Shown here: piece after piece, positions 40,801 through 53,949 of the stretch | How positions within the stretch are numbered: position 1 is the first letter of the stretch | Layout of the letters: each line of letters starts with the position of its first letter | DNA from: Paramecium tetraurelia | Lineage: Eukaryota | Reading direction: 5' to 3' | Assembly (NCBI GenBank): GCA_000165425.1 | Contig: CT868130.1 | Location: forward strand, 434,001-498,000 | DNA length: 64,000 nucleotides | Notes under the pieces: model-generated | What the model was told of the DNA's origin: nothing | The model's input: only the letters and a program-made list of their open reading frames with translations | Databases searched by the model: none | Made by a program: the position numbers and the translations under genes

Positions 40801-43800
40801 GATTATTTATTTTTTAAGAGCCTCTTCTTAAGTTAAAATTAGTAGAGATTATTATTAAATTTAATGTTCCTATTATTAGATTGATAGTTTATATTAAGTA
40901 TTTTGTTCATTTAGGTTTGTCCATTTATTTTCCGATTAGTGTAATATAGTAACAAGATTTTCATTTTAAGACTTGACATCTTATAATTAGTTTTTATATT
41001 AGATGATTGCTTATTCAAATTATTTTATTTAAGTTAATTAATTATTGATAATACTTTTTAGCTTATCATTATCATTTAGATGTTCGTTTGAAATTTATTT
41101 AGACTCATTTAATTATAAGGTTAAATTGTCGTTATTACTTGTCAATTGCTAGATTTATTAGCTTTTCTCATTAAAATATTGTTAGATTTATTTTTAATGA
41201 GAATCTTATAATTGCTTTATATTTTCTTACTCTTTCTATAACTGATCTTTAAGTTATTAGATTTTCACTTCTTAAGATGATGTAGCATTCTCTTTCTCCT
41301 CATTAAGGTTTTACTTTGTTAGCTATTGCTAAAGATTATTTTGTTTCTCTCTAATGAGCTAATCATTAGACTCATTAAGTAATAACTTTTCTCTTTCTAA
41401 ATTTATAATTTATTTTTCCAACTATGTTACTTTCAATGTATATTAGGATTATATATCTTAATTTTGTTTAATAGATACATTCAATTATTCATTTAATCCT
41501 ACTAGTTATTGGTCTTTAGTTGTTAAATTTTATTTTAATTGAATAATATCCTGTTCATATTTGATATTTTAATCTATCAAATTCTAAGCCTTTTAGATTT
41601 CTTTTTTTAAATCGTCCTATAACTTATGATAATCCTAATTAATTAAACTTAATTCTCTAGCCTTTTCTTGGGATTCATTTCTTATTTTAGCTAATTCAAA
41701 TTCCAATTCTAATATCTTTTTATTCATTAGCTCTTCATTTATCTCTAATTTTTAAATTTAAACAATATTATTTTAATTCTTTTCATTTAGATCTTAGTTG
41801 ACTTGCTCTATCAAATTTATTCTATTTTAAAATTCTTATTTATTATGTTATAAAGTTTGTGTCACTTCTTTTAATCTTGATTCATATTATTCTAATTGTG
41901 ATTATTAATCCAAAATTTTTACATTAAGATTTTATTCCTTTTCTCTTTAATTTTAAACAATTCCATCTAATTACAACTGTAAATTCTCCAATTCACTATG
42001 AAGTACTTTGAGTTGCTATTCTTTTTATTATAATAACTATTGTTTTTCAGAATTTTATTAATTCAAATCATGAATTAAGTTTTTTTCTTGCAACTATTAA
42101 CTTAAAATTTATTGTAATTAGTTTATTTCCAATTATAAGGTTTTTGTTGTCTAATTCGATTATTCAATATGATCACTCTACTCTTAAATTTAAATTTCAA
42201 TACATTGTAATTACTTCTCCTTTTATTCTAATTATGATTTTTATGATTTCAACTTTGTATTTTATTAATCTATAAATTGTGATTACTCCAAAAATTCATC
42301 TTATGCTTTACAATATTTCTCTTCGATTTACAATTTTGATTGTTATAAAAGTTTTAGCTCTTCTTAAAATTAAACAATTGATTATTCAGATTCTAAGATT
42401 TTAACTTAAGCATTATATATTTTACTTTGATATGACTATTCTATTGCAACAAATTTAGTTTCTAATTATTTCATGTCATATTTAAGAAGTTGTTATTCTT
42501 GAAGTAAGTTAACTTTGATTTATTATAATTCTTCAGCATGTATAATTTTGATTTCTTTGATAGCTGAATTAGTTTTTATAATTAAATTTTTAGATTTTGA
42601 CTTTAGATGATCGAACTATTCTTTTAAATTTTAAAGCTAATAGTCTTACTAGGAAATTTAAATTTGTTTTTCATTATTTATAGTTTTAAGGAATTGAATT
42701 TCTTTATTCTACTATTAAATAATTTATTCATTTTCTGTTAAAGTGATTTATTCTTCCTGATTCGTTTGAAGTTGAATTCTTAATTCAGCTATTTAAGTAG
42801 ATAATTGATCATTTATTGATTTTACCTATTATATTTCTTTTTTATATAGTTCTATCTAATCTATGGCTGATTATTTTTCTATCACTAACTTTTTTGTATA
42901 TTCATCATTTTATTATTAAATTTAAGTCTATTCTTCTCTCAAAGTTTCTATCTTTTCATGCAATTAAGTCAATTGTAAATTAAGTTCATTGATTTCTTGT
43001 TCATTTTTAGCATTTATAGATTATAATTGCTAAAGTTCTTCATTTTGTTTCTCCAAATCTACTTCTTTTTCTTATATTAGCCTGTTTTTCTAAATGATGT
43101 TTTCTTCCTATTATTTATTTAACTAAATGATTTGTTTAATTTAAGTGTTAGGACTCATTTATACAATTGAAGACAATGATGAATTAATTGATTGTTCTTG
43201 TTAAATTTCATCTATAATATAATTTTAATTTGTAGGCGTTCTTAAAGCGTCAAAATTAAAGCTATTATGAGAAATATCATAAGAGACTCCTTCCAATTTA
43301 ATTATTTAAACTTCTTATTAATTTTTAGATTGTTAATGATATGCATTCAATTCATTTATCAATTATTCAAAATATTATTGTTTCTCTAACAAATCTCTTA
43401 CTTAGGAGTTAAGATGTTGAATTTCTTCATTTCTTGATTAAACTAACTTAATTTATGACTCTAACTAATGTTAAAGATTGGAAATTTCAATATCCAATAT
43501 AGAAATTTTATCATTTAATTCTGAGATTTATTGATCTCTATTTTAAATCTCTTCATTCTACAAAATCTTTATAATAGAATCCTTTCTACTCGATTATGTA
43601 GGAGACGCTATTTGGGTTGTAAATTTACATTGGTCTTCTTTTTCCTAACTTAAATACTTAATCTAATTTTTTAGATGATCAATTTAGATCTCGTAATCTT
43701 TTATTATAATTTATTGCTACTGAATATCCTACTGCAATTCTTAATTATAACTAATTAGTTGTTATATTTAAGCATTATTTTAATTAAGAGTTTCAATATA

Positions 43801-45915
43801 TGATTAATCCTCCTTTGAGAATGACTTCCTCTCTTTGAGATCATCTATTTTTTCAATATTTAGAATTTTGCACATTTAAGTAATAAATTATTTTTGCTAG
43901 TCGTTATCATCACATAATTATTAAATTGTTTATTGTGACTCTTCAATTTGCTGACAATAGTGCTAAATTAGCTCTTAATTTTTTTCATCTTTCTTTATTA
44001 ACAAATTAAGTCTATTTAAAAATTACTCTGATATATTATCTAGAGTAGAATGAATCTTTTAGAGATCAATTTAATTATTGTTATTGTGGTTTAATATCTA
44101 TCTCACAGGTGATGAATTCTTAGACATTCCTCGCATGGGGCTTGATGCTAAACTGGAAGTAGATTTTAGATTTTGCAAGAGTTTCTGTTTGATGACAAGA
44201 TTTAAATTATCAATTAAGTTTTCAAGAACTTAATTTAGGTTTTCCTTACTTTTTAAGTTTTCTATGATTTACAAATATTCACTCAATTAATTTTATATTG
44301 AATTTTAGTTATTAATTAATTCTTGCTAAATTTGTTTATGTTGTTATTATTGCTATTTGAGTTGCTAATTAAATTGTATTTTATTATCTTCTACTAATTG
44401 CTAATACTTCTTAACTTCTAATTAAAATTTTTAAATGGTATTTGTCATTTAGATTTGGGACTTTTTATGCTCAATTTCTTACTCATCAAATTATTGTTGT
44501 AATTAAGCTTATTCAGTATACATATTTTCCAATTGAGCATTGAGTTCATTAATTTCTTAGCGTAAATCATTGATTGTATTTTTATATTTTATTTAATCAT
44601 CCTCATCTTACTGTAAAGATTTAACTTTTTCGCATTTAATCATTTTAATTTCCTAAAACAATTAGTTCTCCTTTTCTTATTGCTTAGCAATAATTGTTTC
44701 ATTCTGCTCTAATATCTTATTCTATTCAATAATCTACTATTAAAGGATATCTATCTATTATGATTATTTTTTAATGCAATCATTTAAAGAGTTTATAGTC
44801 TCCTAATTTTGTAGTTATTAATTAAGATTCTTCACATCCATTTTTAAGGAATCAATTTGTGAATTCTTTTGCTCTATTTACTTTTTGTATTTTTCAAGTT
44901 TGTTACTTTACTTAGTCGACTCTTCCTCTTTTTGCTTTATTTCCTTTTATACATTGCTGTTCTATTTTATAATTTCTTTAATATTATATGAAAGCTGATA
45001 AATGGAATCTTCACAAGTGTAGGCTGGTTTAATTTAATCGAAAATAAGTTAATTGAGCCTATTAATTTATATCATAACAGATTCGTATTTAGTTACTATT
45101 TTTTAGTATTCTTTAGATAAATTATTCTGTTATAAGGAATTATCAGGTAATTTGAGTTGATATTTTTATTTTTCTTTGGCTATAAATGTTAAAATGTTTT
45201 TAACCTCGTCTATCTTCTCTTTAGATTCCTATTTCTTAAGTAACTTTTACAAAATATCCCTCATTTTTTGTTCTTTGCTTTCTAATTCTTGCAATTTTGA
45301 TTGTTTCAGATATAATATGCTATTTATTACTTATTCAATTTATTTTATTTTGTCTTCTTGTTGAAATAATTGAGAATCGCTCTACTCTTTTAATTGGATC
45401 ATCTTATTATTCATATCATCCATTTGGCATTCAAATGTTTAACTAAGTTCTTCAATTTCTTAATCTTTAGTCTTTAAAATACTGTACAATTATTTCATAA
45501 TGGCTTTTCTCTCTTAGGCTTTCCTTTGGTATCCCTGCATTAATTTATTTAAGTTTTGATGATCGCTGTCAAATTTATCTACTTATTGGTTCTTATAAAT
45601 TTATAAGTCTTTTTATAGCTTGGCTATTTGATCGTTCAACATTTCAATTTGTTTTTTTTATTTTTCATTTTCACATCTTACATTCCATTCATTAGATTTA
45701 AATTAAGTTGTAATTTATTTTTATTCGCTTGCTTATTCATAATATGATGAAAAATTGCATCTTGATCTAGCTCGTAGTCACAATTAAGATCTAGAATGTG
45801 GGAATGATCTATAAAATTAATCACCTGTTCTTTATTGTTTATCTAAATATGTCGATACTTGATGAGATGGTGGAGATAATGAGGGAGCTTTTAGAGGTTA
45901 ATATAATTTCCTCAT
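37805..45915 (-). CDS. Giant Gln/Glu-rich coiled-coil protein (~2,700 aa), with one in-frame TGA near the 5' end
   Basis: ATG 45915; frame checked open from 45777 to ~43680; span minus a 23-nt intron (38871-38893) is a multiple of 3; in-frame TGA at 45778-45780, so the true start is uncertain. Confidence 0.75.
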
Positions 45916-46086
45916 TTAATTAATAATCCATAATTCAAATTATTTTTACTTATAACATAAAGAAATATAATTAAGATACTAGATTTTTGTAGACAGCCTT
46001 CAAAATACAATTAACCTATGATTATTCATTAAATTTATTGTTGTTTAATAGTTATAATAAAATGTAAATTTGTACCTCATTTTCAA

Positions 46087-47048
46087 TCATATACCTAATT
46101 CTCCCAATTTAAAGAAGTATATCTATACAAATGAAGCACTACTCAATTGAATAGGGTTATTCTTAAATATGGTCGAATTAGAATCCTACAAAATATGACT
46201 ATTCTCTCGAGCAATTTGAGTAAATTGATTTATTAAATTTCTACCAAATTATATAGATTCTTAATTGTGTTTTGATTAACTTTTGAATTCGAATGCTGCC
46301 TTTTCTGGATGAAAAGCTAATGAAAAAATTGGATATTCTCTGGCTTCAGCTGCAGCTATTGAAACAACTTCTTATGAATCTTTAACTAAAGCAACAATCT
46401 TAAAGAAATCGTTTAGCTGTGAATGGGTATCATAATATGAAGGCAAAACCGCCCAATCAGTATTAAAATAAACTAGGATTATATTATATCTATACCTTAT
46501 TCTTTTGTCTCAATTGATTTGAAAATTGATTCTTTTAAATCTATAAAGATTGTGCTATATTTGTCTTTAAATAATAATTTCTTGTTTACAGTCTCCATTC
46601 CTGAAGCTGGAGTTAATACATCATAATCTTTATTAGATAAAATAAAATGTAAAGTCTAATGTCCTAAACAGATTGCAAATAAAGGGAATGTATCACCTTA
46701 CTAATTAGCTTTAAGAACTTTATTTAATAGATGTGTCACTGTTTATAAATATTTAGAAGGCCCTTACTCCGTTTCTAACTCCAAAGTGCCTCCAGTAAGT
46801 AACAATCCATTAATCTATGAAAAGTATTTATCTAGGGTAGCTTCATCTGCCTCATAAGGGATTGGCATAACTCTTGCGCCAGATGATTCTACGTATTTCA
46901 CATATGAAGCAGCGATATATGAATATTATGAAGATGGGTAGTCTTAATAATCTTCATCCGATGGTATTGTTAAGATCCCTATAACAGGATTTAAGTTAAG
47001 TGAGTGATGAATTCCTATTAGGAGAACGAAGAATAAAATAATTTTCAT
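46087..47048 (-). CDS. GGH: Gamma-glutamyl hydrolase (peptidase C26), with signal peptide
   Basis: PVIGILTIP, SYIAASYVKYVESSGARVMPI, INGLLLTGG, catalytic ICLG and FHPEK; one 23-nt intron gives 312 aa. Confidence 0.93.
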
Positions 47049-48803
47049 GTAATATTTTATAATTATTTAATCATTTTCTTAAAATTCGGAGTTTTGAGAA
47101 ACTCTAGTTATTATAAAGTATAATAAGCTTCTTAAAATTTATTTCTATGTCTAATCTACAAAATCAATTAATAAAGAAATATCATAAGAAAAAACACTAA
47201 TTCTATATCGTTGTTCAAAACTATGCTTAAGTTAAGAGAAAGCATGTATAAAATACTAATATAGTTATTTAGTTTACTAGTCAAGGAATTATGAATGATG
47301 AAAATGATACAATGAAGAAGTATTTTATAATTAGCCCTTTATAATAGAATATCTTATAAGAATTCCTTTAAGCTTGTAATTATGATCGTGTTCTGTTTAA
47401 TGAGGGATAAGTTTTCTTTATTAAATTATTTAAATTATTGCTAGAATTGTTAAAATTGATTTTAGATTTAGAGATTTAACTCTTGTTATTCCACAATTAA
47501 GTTGTCTACAATTGTTTTATTTTTTTTCAACTCTTAATAACTTAAATTAATTTGATTTTATATGTTCCATATTTCCTATTTCAAATTTTACAAATATTCT
47601 TAACTTTAATTTCTATTTATAAATTTTGAATTACATTTATAAAATCATCACTTCATAGAGATTATTTAAATCTTCCAATAGAGATAACTATATGATGTAT
47701 TTGTTTTCTATTACTTTTTGAGCACAAAATATATTAACCATCAGATAAAATTAGGTATAAGTAATCCATTATTCTTCTGGGTCATCTTACAGTCGATAGA
47801 TTTAAGTGAAACAAGAGTATACTTAATGGCCCAATTATTAATGGTTGATACAATAATTAATACTATCTTATTGGATACAGGATGGCAAATCCGATTAGGC
47901 TTTATTTATTTGTAAAATAATTTAAATTAGATAAAATAACATTATTAAATAATGAAAAAATTATGATTATTACATCCTGTCTTGAATTTTAAATATTTAT
48001 TCTATAAAATTCACAATTATTAAATATAAATAAGCATTCAATTCTAATATTCATTTCTATTAACAAAATGTAAAGAAGAATCAGAATGAAACTTAAATTT
48101 ACCATTTTTGTAGATTACATATAAATTAAGTTCAAAATATCTCGCATTAAATTTTATTAATACTATTTCAAATGGAATTATTTAGACTAATATATTTTAC
48201 AACCAAATAGTGAACCATACTTAAAATATAATAAATAAATGGATAAGATAGTAAATATGCCTTATCTATTTGAAGGGGATTTCTAATATCAATTATTATA
48301 TTTTTTAATGGAAAACATTAATCTATTGCTTTTGGTTCTACTTTCTAATAATTAAATTAGAATGTTTTTCTCTACTTTAATAATATATATGTCTTATAAA
48401 CTTTTAAAATGTTACTACTTATTTCTAAATTTGAACCAAAAAGGAAGAAGGAAGTATAAAACTTTCTAATTTTGATATCCTATAATGATAATGAAGTATT
48501 ACTAAATTAATTATTGGTACTAATCCATAATCTACATTATATTTCATAATATTAAGAATAAAATAATTCTATAAATTTTTTGAATAAAAGTTATAAATTT
48601 AGAATATAAAATAATATCGGATCTTTTTATTCAAGGATCAATTTTATAATTCAGAGTATTATTTTAAGGGTTTAATCAATGATCAATAGTTAAATACTAC
48701 TTCATAACTATTTTAATCCTTTTTATATAATGAAATCTAAATAAGTTTATTTTACAAAATTATGATATAAAGTACAAGAGTACGTTCCAATTTTCATAAG
48801 TAA

Positions 48804-50386
48804 ATGGAAAAATTAAAAGGATTATTGGTTTCCACTCACACAATATCCCCTATTGAGGCAGATCAACCACTTAGAAAAACTTAAACTCCTTTAATTGGAT
48901 AATTATAACAATCCATCTAATTTAGCGATGAGGAGGAATAGAGTGAAAATATCAATGAAATTGATGTGAAATCAACCAATTTTAATGATGAGTTTGTTTT
49001 AGGAAGAAAATTGGGAGAGGGTACTCATGGAATCGTAAAACTATGTTGGAAGAAGGACAATCCAAATATGTTATTTGCTGTAAAAATAATTAAAACAATT
49101 GACGAAGAGCAATTGGAAATAGTCAGATAAACATTCATAAATTCGACAATCATCAAAAGTCCTTACATAGCAAAATGTTACAAACTATATATTGATATCA
49201 ATGTAATTTATATGTTAATGGAATATGTACCATATGCAAATTTATAAACTATTTTACAAGAGAGAACAAAGCTAAAAGAGCAAGAGGTATAAAAAATCGC
49301 AAATGCATTATTAAAAAGTGTGAGATGTTTACACAGCGGTGGAATATGTCATAGAGATATAAAACCAGATAATATTATGATCGATTAGAAGTATTTCAAT
49401 AGTTATTCAAAGTGATTTTTCAGTTAAATTAATAGATTTTGGTGTTTCTAGAAGATTTGTATCATATAATAATAGCACCTTTCGATATATAAGAAAGGCG
49501 ATGTTGACTGTAACTGGCAATCTTCATTATCGAGCACCTGAGATTATGTTTAGTCAATCTTATGGTTATAATCAACAGATTGATTTATGGGCTATAGGTG
49601 TTACACTATATCAATCTCTAACAGGATCTTTGCCATTTATTTCTGATAATACTGCTGAAATCATAGCATTGCTATCTGATAGGTATGTATTCAATTTGAT
49701 TATATTAAATTAGCAATTCACTGTAAGAAGCATTCCAATAAGAGTCATTCTTAAAATTATCAAGCAGTTGCAGAGATCTAATCAAAAGACTCCTAATGTG
49801 GAATCCTCTTAAAAGATTAACTGCTTCTGAGGCATTAAAACACATATGGATTCCAAATGCTTAAACTCCCAAGAAACCCTTGATAAAGTGGATCACAAAG
49901 GATGACATAGATACAAGTAGAATAAGTTAAAATAGTGATATTTTGAATAAGTCTTTAATCAATAGTGCCGAAATTTTGAATTAAGAGTTACAGAACACCT
50001 TAATTATAAGCAAACAAATTGATTCCATTTTGGAAAGCTCGTAAGGATCAAAAAAGAGCTTGCGATTCTCAATTAAAATAAAATAAGAGAAAGATGGTCA
50101 AGATTTCAAATCTAAGCTAAAATAATTTAAATTAGAATCATCCACCAATATATATAGTAGAAAAAATCAAAGTCAAACAAATGTAATATAATTAGTAGGA
50201 GCCTGGAATGAAAAAAAAAGAAATTCTATTAAATTGGAGGAAGATGATGATATTTTTGGCATAAAGGTCTGTCGCAGTCATCATTCTCTAACATAATTTG
50301 AAGATCCATTGTAAATAGAGTAATAAACTTAAAAGAACTCATTGGATCCTAAACTCTTGCAAGAGATCTCTAAATATAATTTGTGA
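48804..50386 (+). CDS. CAMK-like Ser/Thr protein kinase
   Basis: LGEGTHGIVK, FAVK, ICHRDIKPDNIM, KLIDFGVSR, TGNLHYRAPE, DLWAIG; TGA 50384-50386. Confidence 0.9.
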
Positions 50387-50412
50387 TTTAATATATATAC
50401 TTTATCATAATA

Positions 50413-51144
50413 ATGAACTCATCTAAAACTTCAAGAACCACAAAAGCCATCAATTAACTACACATAGAACAAAAAATCTCCTTTAAAAATCACTTTAATA
50501 TATCTACGTTAAGAGAATCAGTTCCTACAATTTTAAAGGCAAATCCATTTTCGCCTTCAATACAATCATTTCCTGTATAAAAATAACCAAAATAGAATGG
50601 GTATAGAAAATTATCTATAGAAAAGAAAATCACTTTACTAAAAAAAGAAATAATGAATTCGTAATCGGGAAAATCTAAATAGTTATTTCAAACTCAAAAA
50701 CTATAAATCAAAGAGGGATTCTATGTAATTGATGTAAAAAGTGATATAAAATCTATCAGATCGAATGAGAATCGATCTGATAAGAAATTCAAACTATTCC
50801 AATCCCCTATTGCAATATAGGATAAATTATCTAAATATTCTAACTTATAAGAGAAATAAACATTTCTTTTCAAATTTAGAGAAAAACACCCTTTGGTCAT
50901 TGATGAAGTCTCTAACCATACACCAAAATACTAGGCTCAATCTAAATAACCGAGTGAACCTAATTCACCTTTTTTTATAAGAAAATTATAATCATAATAA
51001 ATAATATAAAGAAGTATCAGTTAAGGTGTCATTGAGAAACCAAAATAAAATAAATGGATAGCTTGGCCATAAAATTTAGAGGGTTGGAATACTCATATGA
51101 ACAATCCTGAAGAAGATATAATGTCATAACTTCATTATTTTTGA
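50413..51144 (+). CDS. Hypothetical protein
   Basis: Intronless 243-aa frame MNSSKTSRTTKAINQLHIEQK ... WPQNLEGWNTHMNNPEEDIMSQLHYF-TGA. Confidence 0.7.
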
Positions 51145-51184
51145 ATAATCACTTTATTTATGAATATATATATATAAACAATAC

Positions 51185-52138
51185 TCATACTTCTTCTTCA
51201 TCAAACTTTTTAACCCAAACCCATGGATTACCTCTTAATACACAATTCAAATCAGTTAATACCTATCTTTTACTCCTTGATGTTGATTCTGATTCTTTAG
51301 ATTCCATCCAAGATTCTGTTCTTAAATATATCTTATTGAGTTTAGGTTAGACTTATTCTATGAATTTAGTATTAGATAAATATTGACCATTTGAATCTTT
51401 AATTGTCAATATTCCTTCAAACTCATACTCATAATCTCTGACTAAAATTCTATCAGTTTTAGATGGTTCTAACACATATTTCTTCCAATTAAATGAAGGA
51501 TTCTCATGTTTAAGATTATTTTCATTGATGACGAATTTATTCACTTTATTGATAAAATTTCTGGCTCTTCCAAATAATCCAGTCACATCTTACTTTTCTT
51601 TTTCTAAGGAATCTAAGATTGGTTTTGCCAATTTCTCTGATTTATCTTGAACATCTGATTTTTCTTCTAATTGTGGCTTCACTTCAAATGTAACTTTATT
51701 TTGCTCAGCCTTATGAATATACTCATGAATAAAATGATTTTAATGACGATAAGGTGATAATCCATAAATTTCTAACTCTCCAATTTACTTCCACGAAGTT
51801 TAATAGTTTTAATTTTGATTGAAAACAAACTAAAATTTTTTGTCATCCAATTCCTTTCGCAAGAGTAATAGATGTTCCAATAAACCCCATTCTACATTAT
51901 TGAAGAACTCAATATTATGTTTAATTTCCTTAGGTTATTTTAGATCCTTTTTATATTGTTTGATTATTTCTGTATTATCTTATGTTAAAATGGAAATTCC
52001 TGTTTATAACAAATTATCTAATACATCTCTTTTTTTGATTACTTATTCTGTTCCATAAGATGCCCAATAAGGATTATAGACTGGCTGAAGAAGAGCAGCT
52101 ATTGAGAATTTATATGTGGTTTTTTATTTCAATAACAT
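51185..52138 (-). CDS. Hypothetical protein, possibly mitochondrial
   Basis: Intronless 317 aa; basic, acid-free N-terminus MLLKQKTTYKFS resembles a presequence (inference); C-terminus VLTDLNCVLRGNPWVWVKKFDEEEV. Confidence 0.75.
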
Positions 52139-52374
52139 ATTAAAATAATAATTCAATTAAAAATAAGCGTCAGAATTCTTATAAGAACTATATATCATAA
52201 AATTTTGAGATTTGTATATTGATTATATATAATCCTCTATCTTAATTAATGTAAAAGCTAGTTAAACATCCGATATATTAAAAATATATTTTTTGCACGT
52301 AAAGTTCTTTGTGTAACAACTCACTTAAGCAATATAATTCTTATTATTTTATTATATTTGATGATTATAATATC

Positions 52375-53721
52375 TCACTTCAAAAATCCAAGATTTGATT
52401 ACAATTTTCCATTGACAGCATCAATGAATTGTTCTGTATTCAAATAAGTTGATCTATCAGCCTTTGGACCATGAACAATCAAAGCCAAATCCTTGGTAAA
52501 TAATCCTGATTCAATAGTTTGGATGATAGATGATTCAATAGTTTCAGCGAATTTGATCAATTCTTAGTTGTTATCCAATCTTCCTCTGTGTCTGAGACCT
52601 AAGAGATATGAATAAGATGTACCTCTGGTCCAAGCATAGATACTGGCAACTGAATTAGTAGATGTTTCCTTGCCCTTTTGATGTTCTCTGTAATGTCTAG
52701 TGATAGTTCCGTGAGCGGCTTCAGATTCATAAACACCATCATTAGCAACCAATTCTGATGTCATCATACCCAAAGATCCATATCCTTAAGCAACGATATC
52801 TGATTGGACATCACCATCGTAGTTTTTCAAAGCCAAAACAAATCCTCCTGATGATTTCATCATTTAAGCAACCAAATCATCAATCAATCTGTGTTCATAC
52901 CATAATTTATTGGCATCGAAATCCTATTGTAAATATTAGATAATATACTTTCTTGTATTTAGTTTCGAATATCTCTTAGAAAATATCTTTGAAATATCCA
53001 TCATATTATTTCAAAATAGTATTCTTTGTTCCCAACATCAATGGATATTTTCTCATCAAAGCATATTAAAAGGATTGATGGGCAAAGTTAACAATAGATT
53101 CATAGGTATTGTACATTCCCAATCCAACACCACCTTTTCCTTTGAATTCAAAGATTGTTCGCTTAACTTATTCTCCTTATGTTGGTGTGTATATTAATTC
53201 TAGTTTTCCTGGTCCTGGCAATTTAACATCTTAGCATTTATATTAATCTCCATATGAATGTCTTCCAATTACAATTGGTTAAGTCCATCCTGGAACCAAT
53301 CTTGGGATATTTTTACAAATAATGGGTTCTCTGAACACTGTACCATCCAAAATAGCTCTGATTGATCCATTTGGTGATGGCCACATCTTTTTAAGTTTGA
53401 ATTCTTCAACTCTTGCTTCATCTGCTGTGATTGTTGCACATTTAACACCAACCTTGTGTTTTAAGATAGCATATCCTGAATCGAAAGTAACCTTGATTTT
53501 CTATTAAAATATCATACCTTATCATCAGTCTTGTCTCTATGTTCCATACTCAAATCGTAATATTCCAAATTCACATTCAAATATGGCAAAACCAATCTCT
53601 CTCTGATCATTTTCCAAATGATTCTTGCTTATTCATCTCCGTCCAATTCAACCACTGTATTCTTAACATTGATCTTTCTTCCAGTCCATTTGGCTGCTGC
53701 CTTAAACACAGGTCCTGACAT
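52375..53721 (-). CDS. IDH: NADP-dependent isocitrate dehydrogenase
   Basis: [92 protein letters not shown]; introns of 26, 25 and 24 nt give 423 aa. Confidence 0.97.
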
Positions 53722-53949
53722 TAAATAATAAAGATATTTTTCTTAATTTCATAAACACGTGGTTCGATATATACAGTGCATTTATACTTATTACCAATTA
53801 TATAATTAATTTTATAATAATAATCTAACACTAGATCTACAACTGCTCGTCTCTCATTCTATTTTGGAATAAATAAATTATATTTATATATCGCAGTGGA
53901 ATTATATTACAAAAACTATTTTATAATTATTATAATTTCTTATTTATTC

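Noticed and set aside
38900..45400. Dense tta/cta/ttg triplet runs that look like microsatellite
   Set aside because: They are antisense views of Gln codons (TAA/TAG/CAA) in the coiled-coil gene.
48899..48925. Intron-like AT-rich segment ending in tag without a GT donor
   Set aside because: It reads through in frame as GQLQQSIQFSDEE, so no intron is needed.
53755..53785. ggttcga resembling a tRNA T-loop, with cacgtg, upstream of IDH
   Set aside because: There is no T-stem or cloverleaf complementarity, and a single hexamer is not evidence of a regulatory site.
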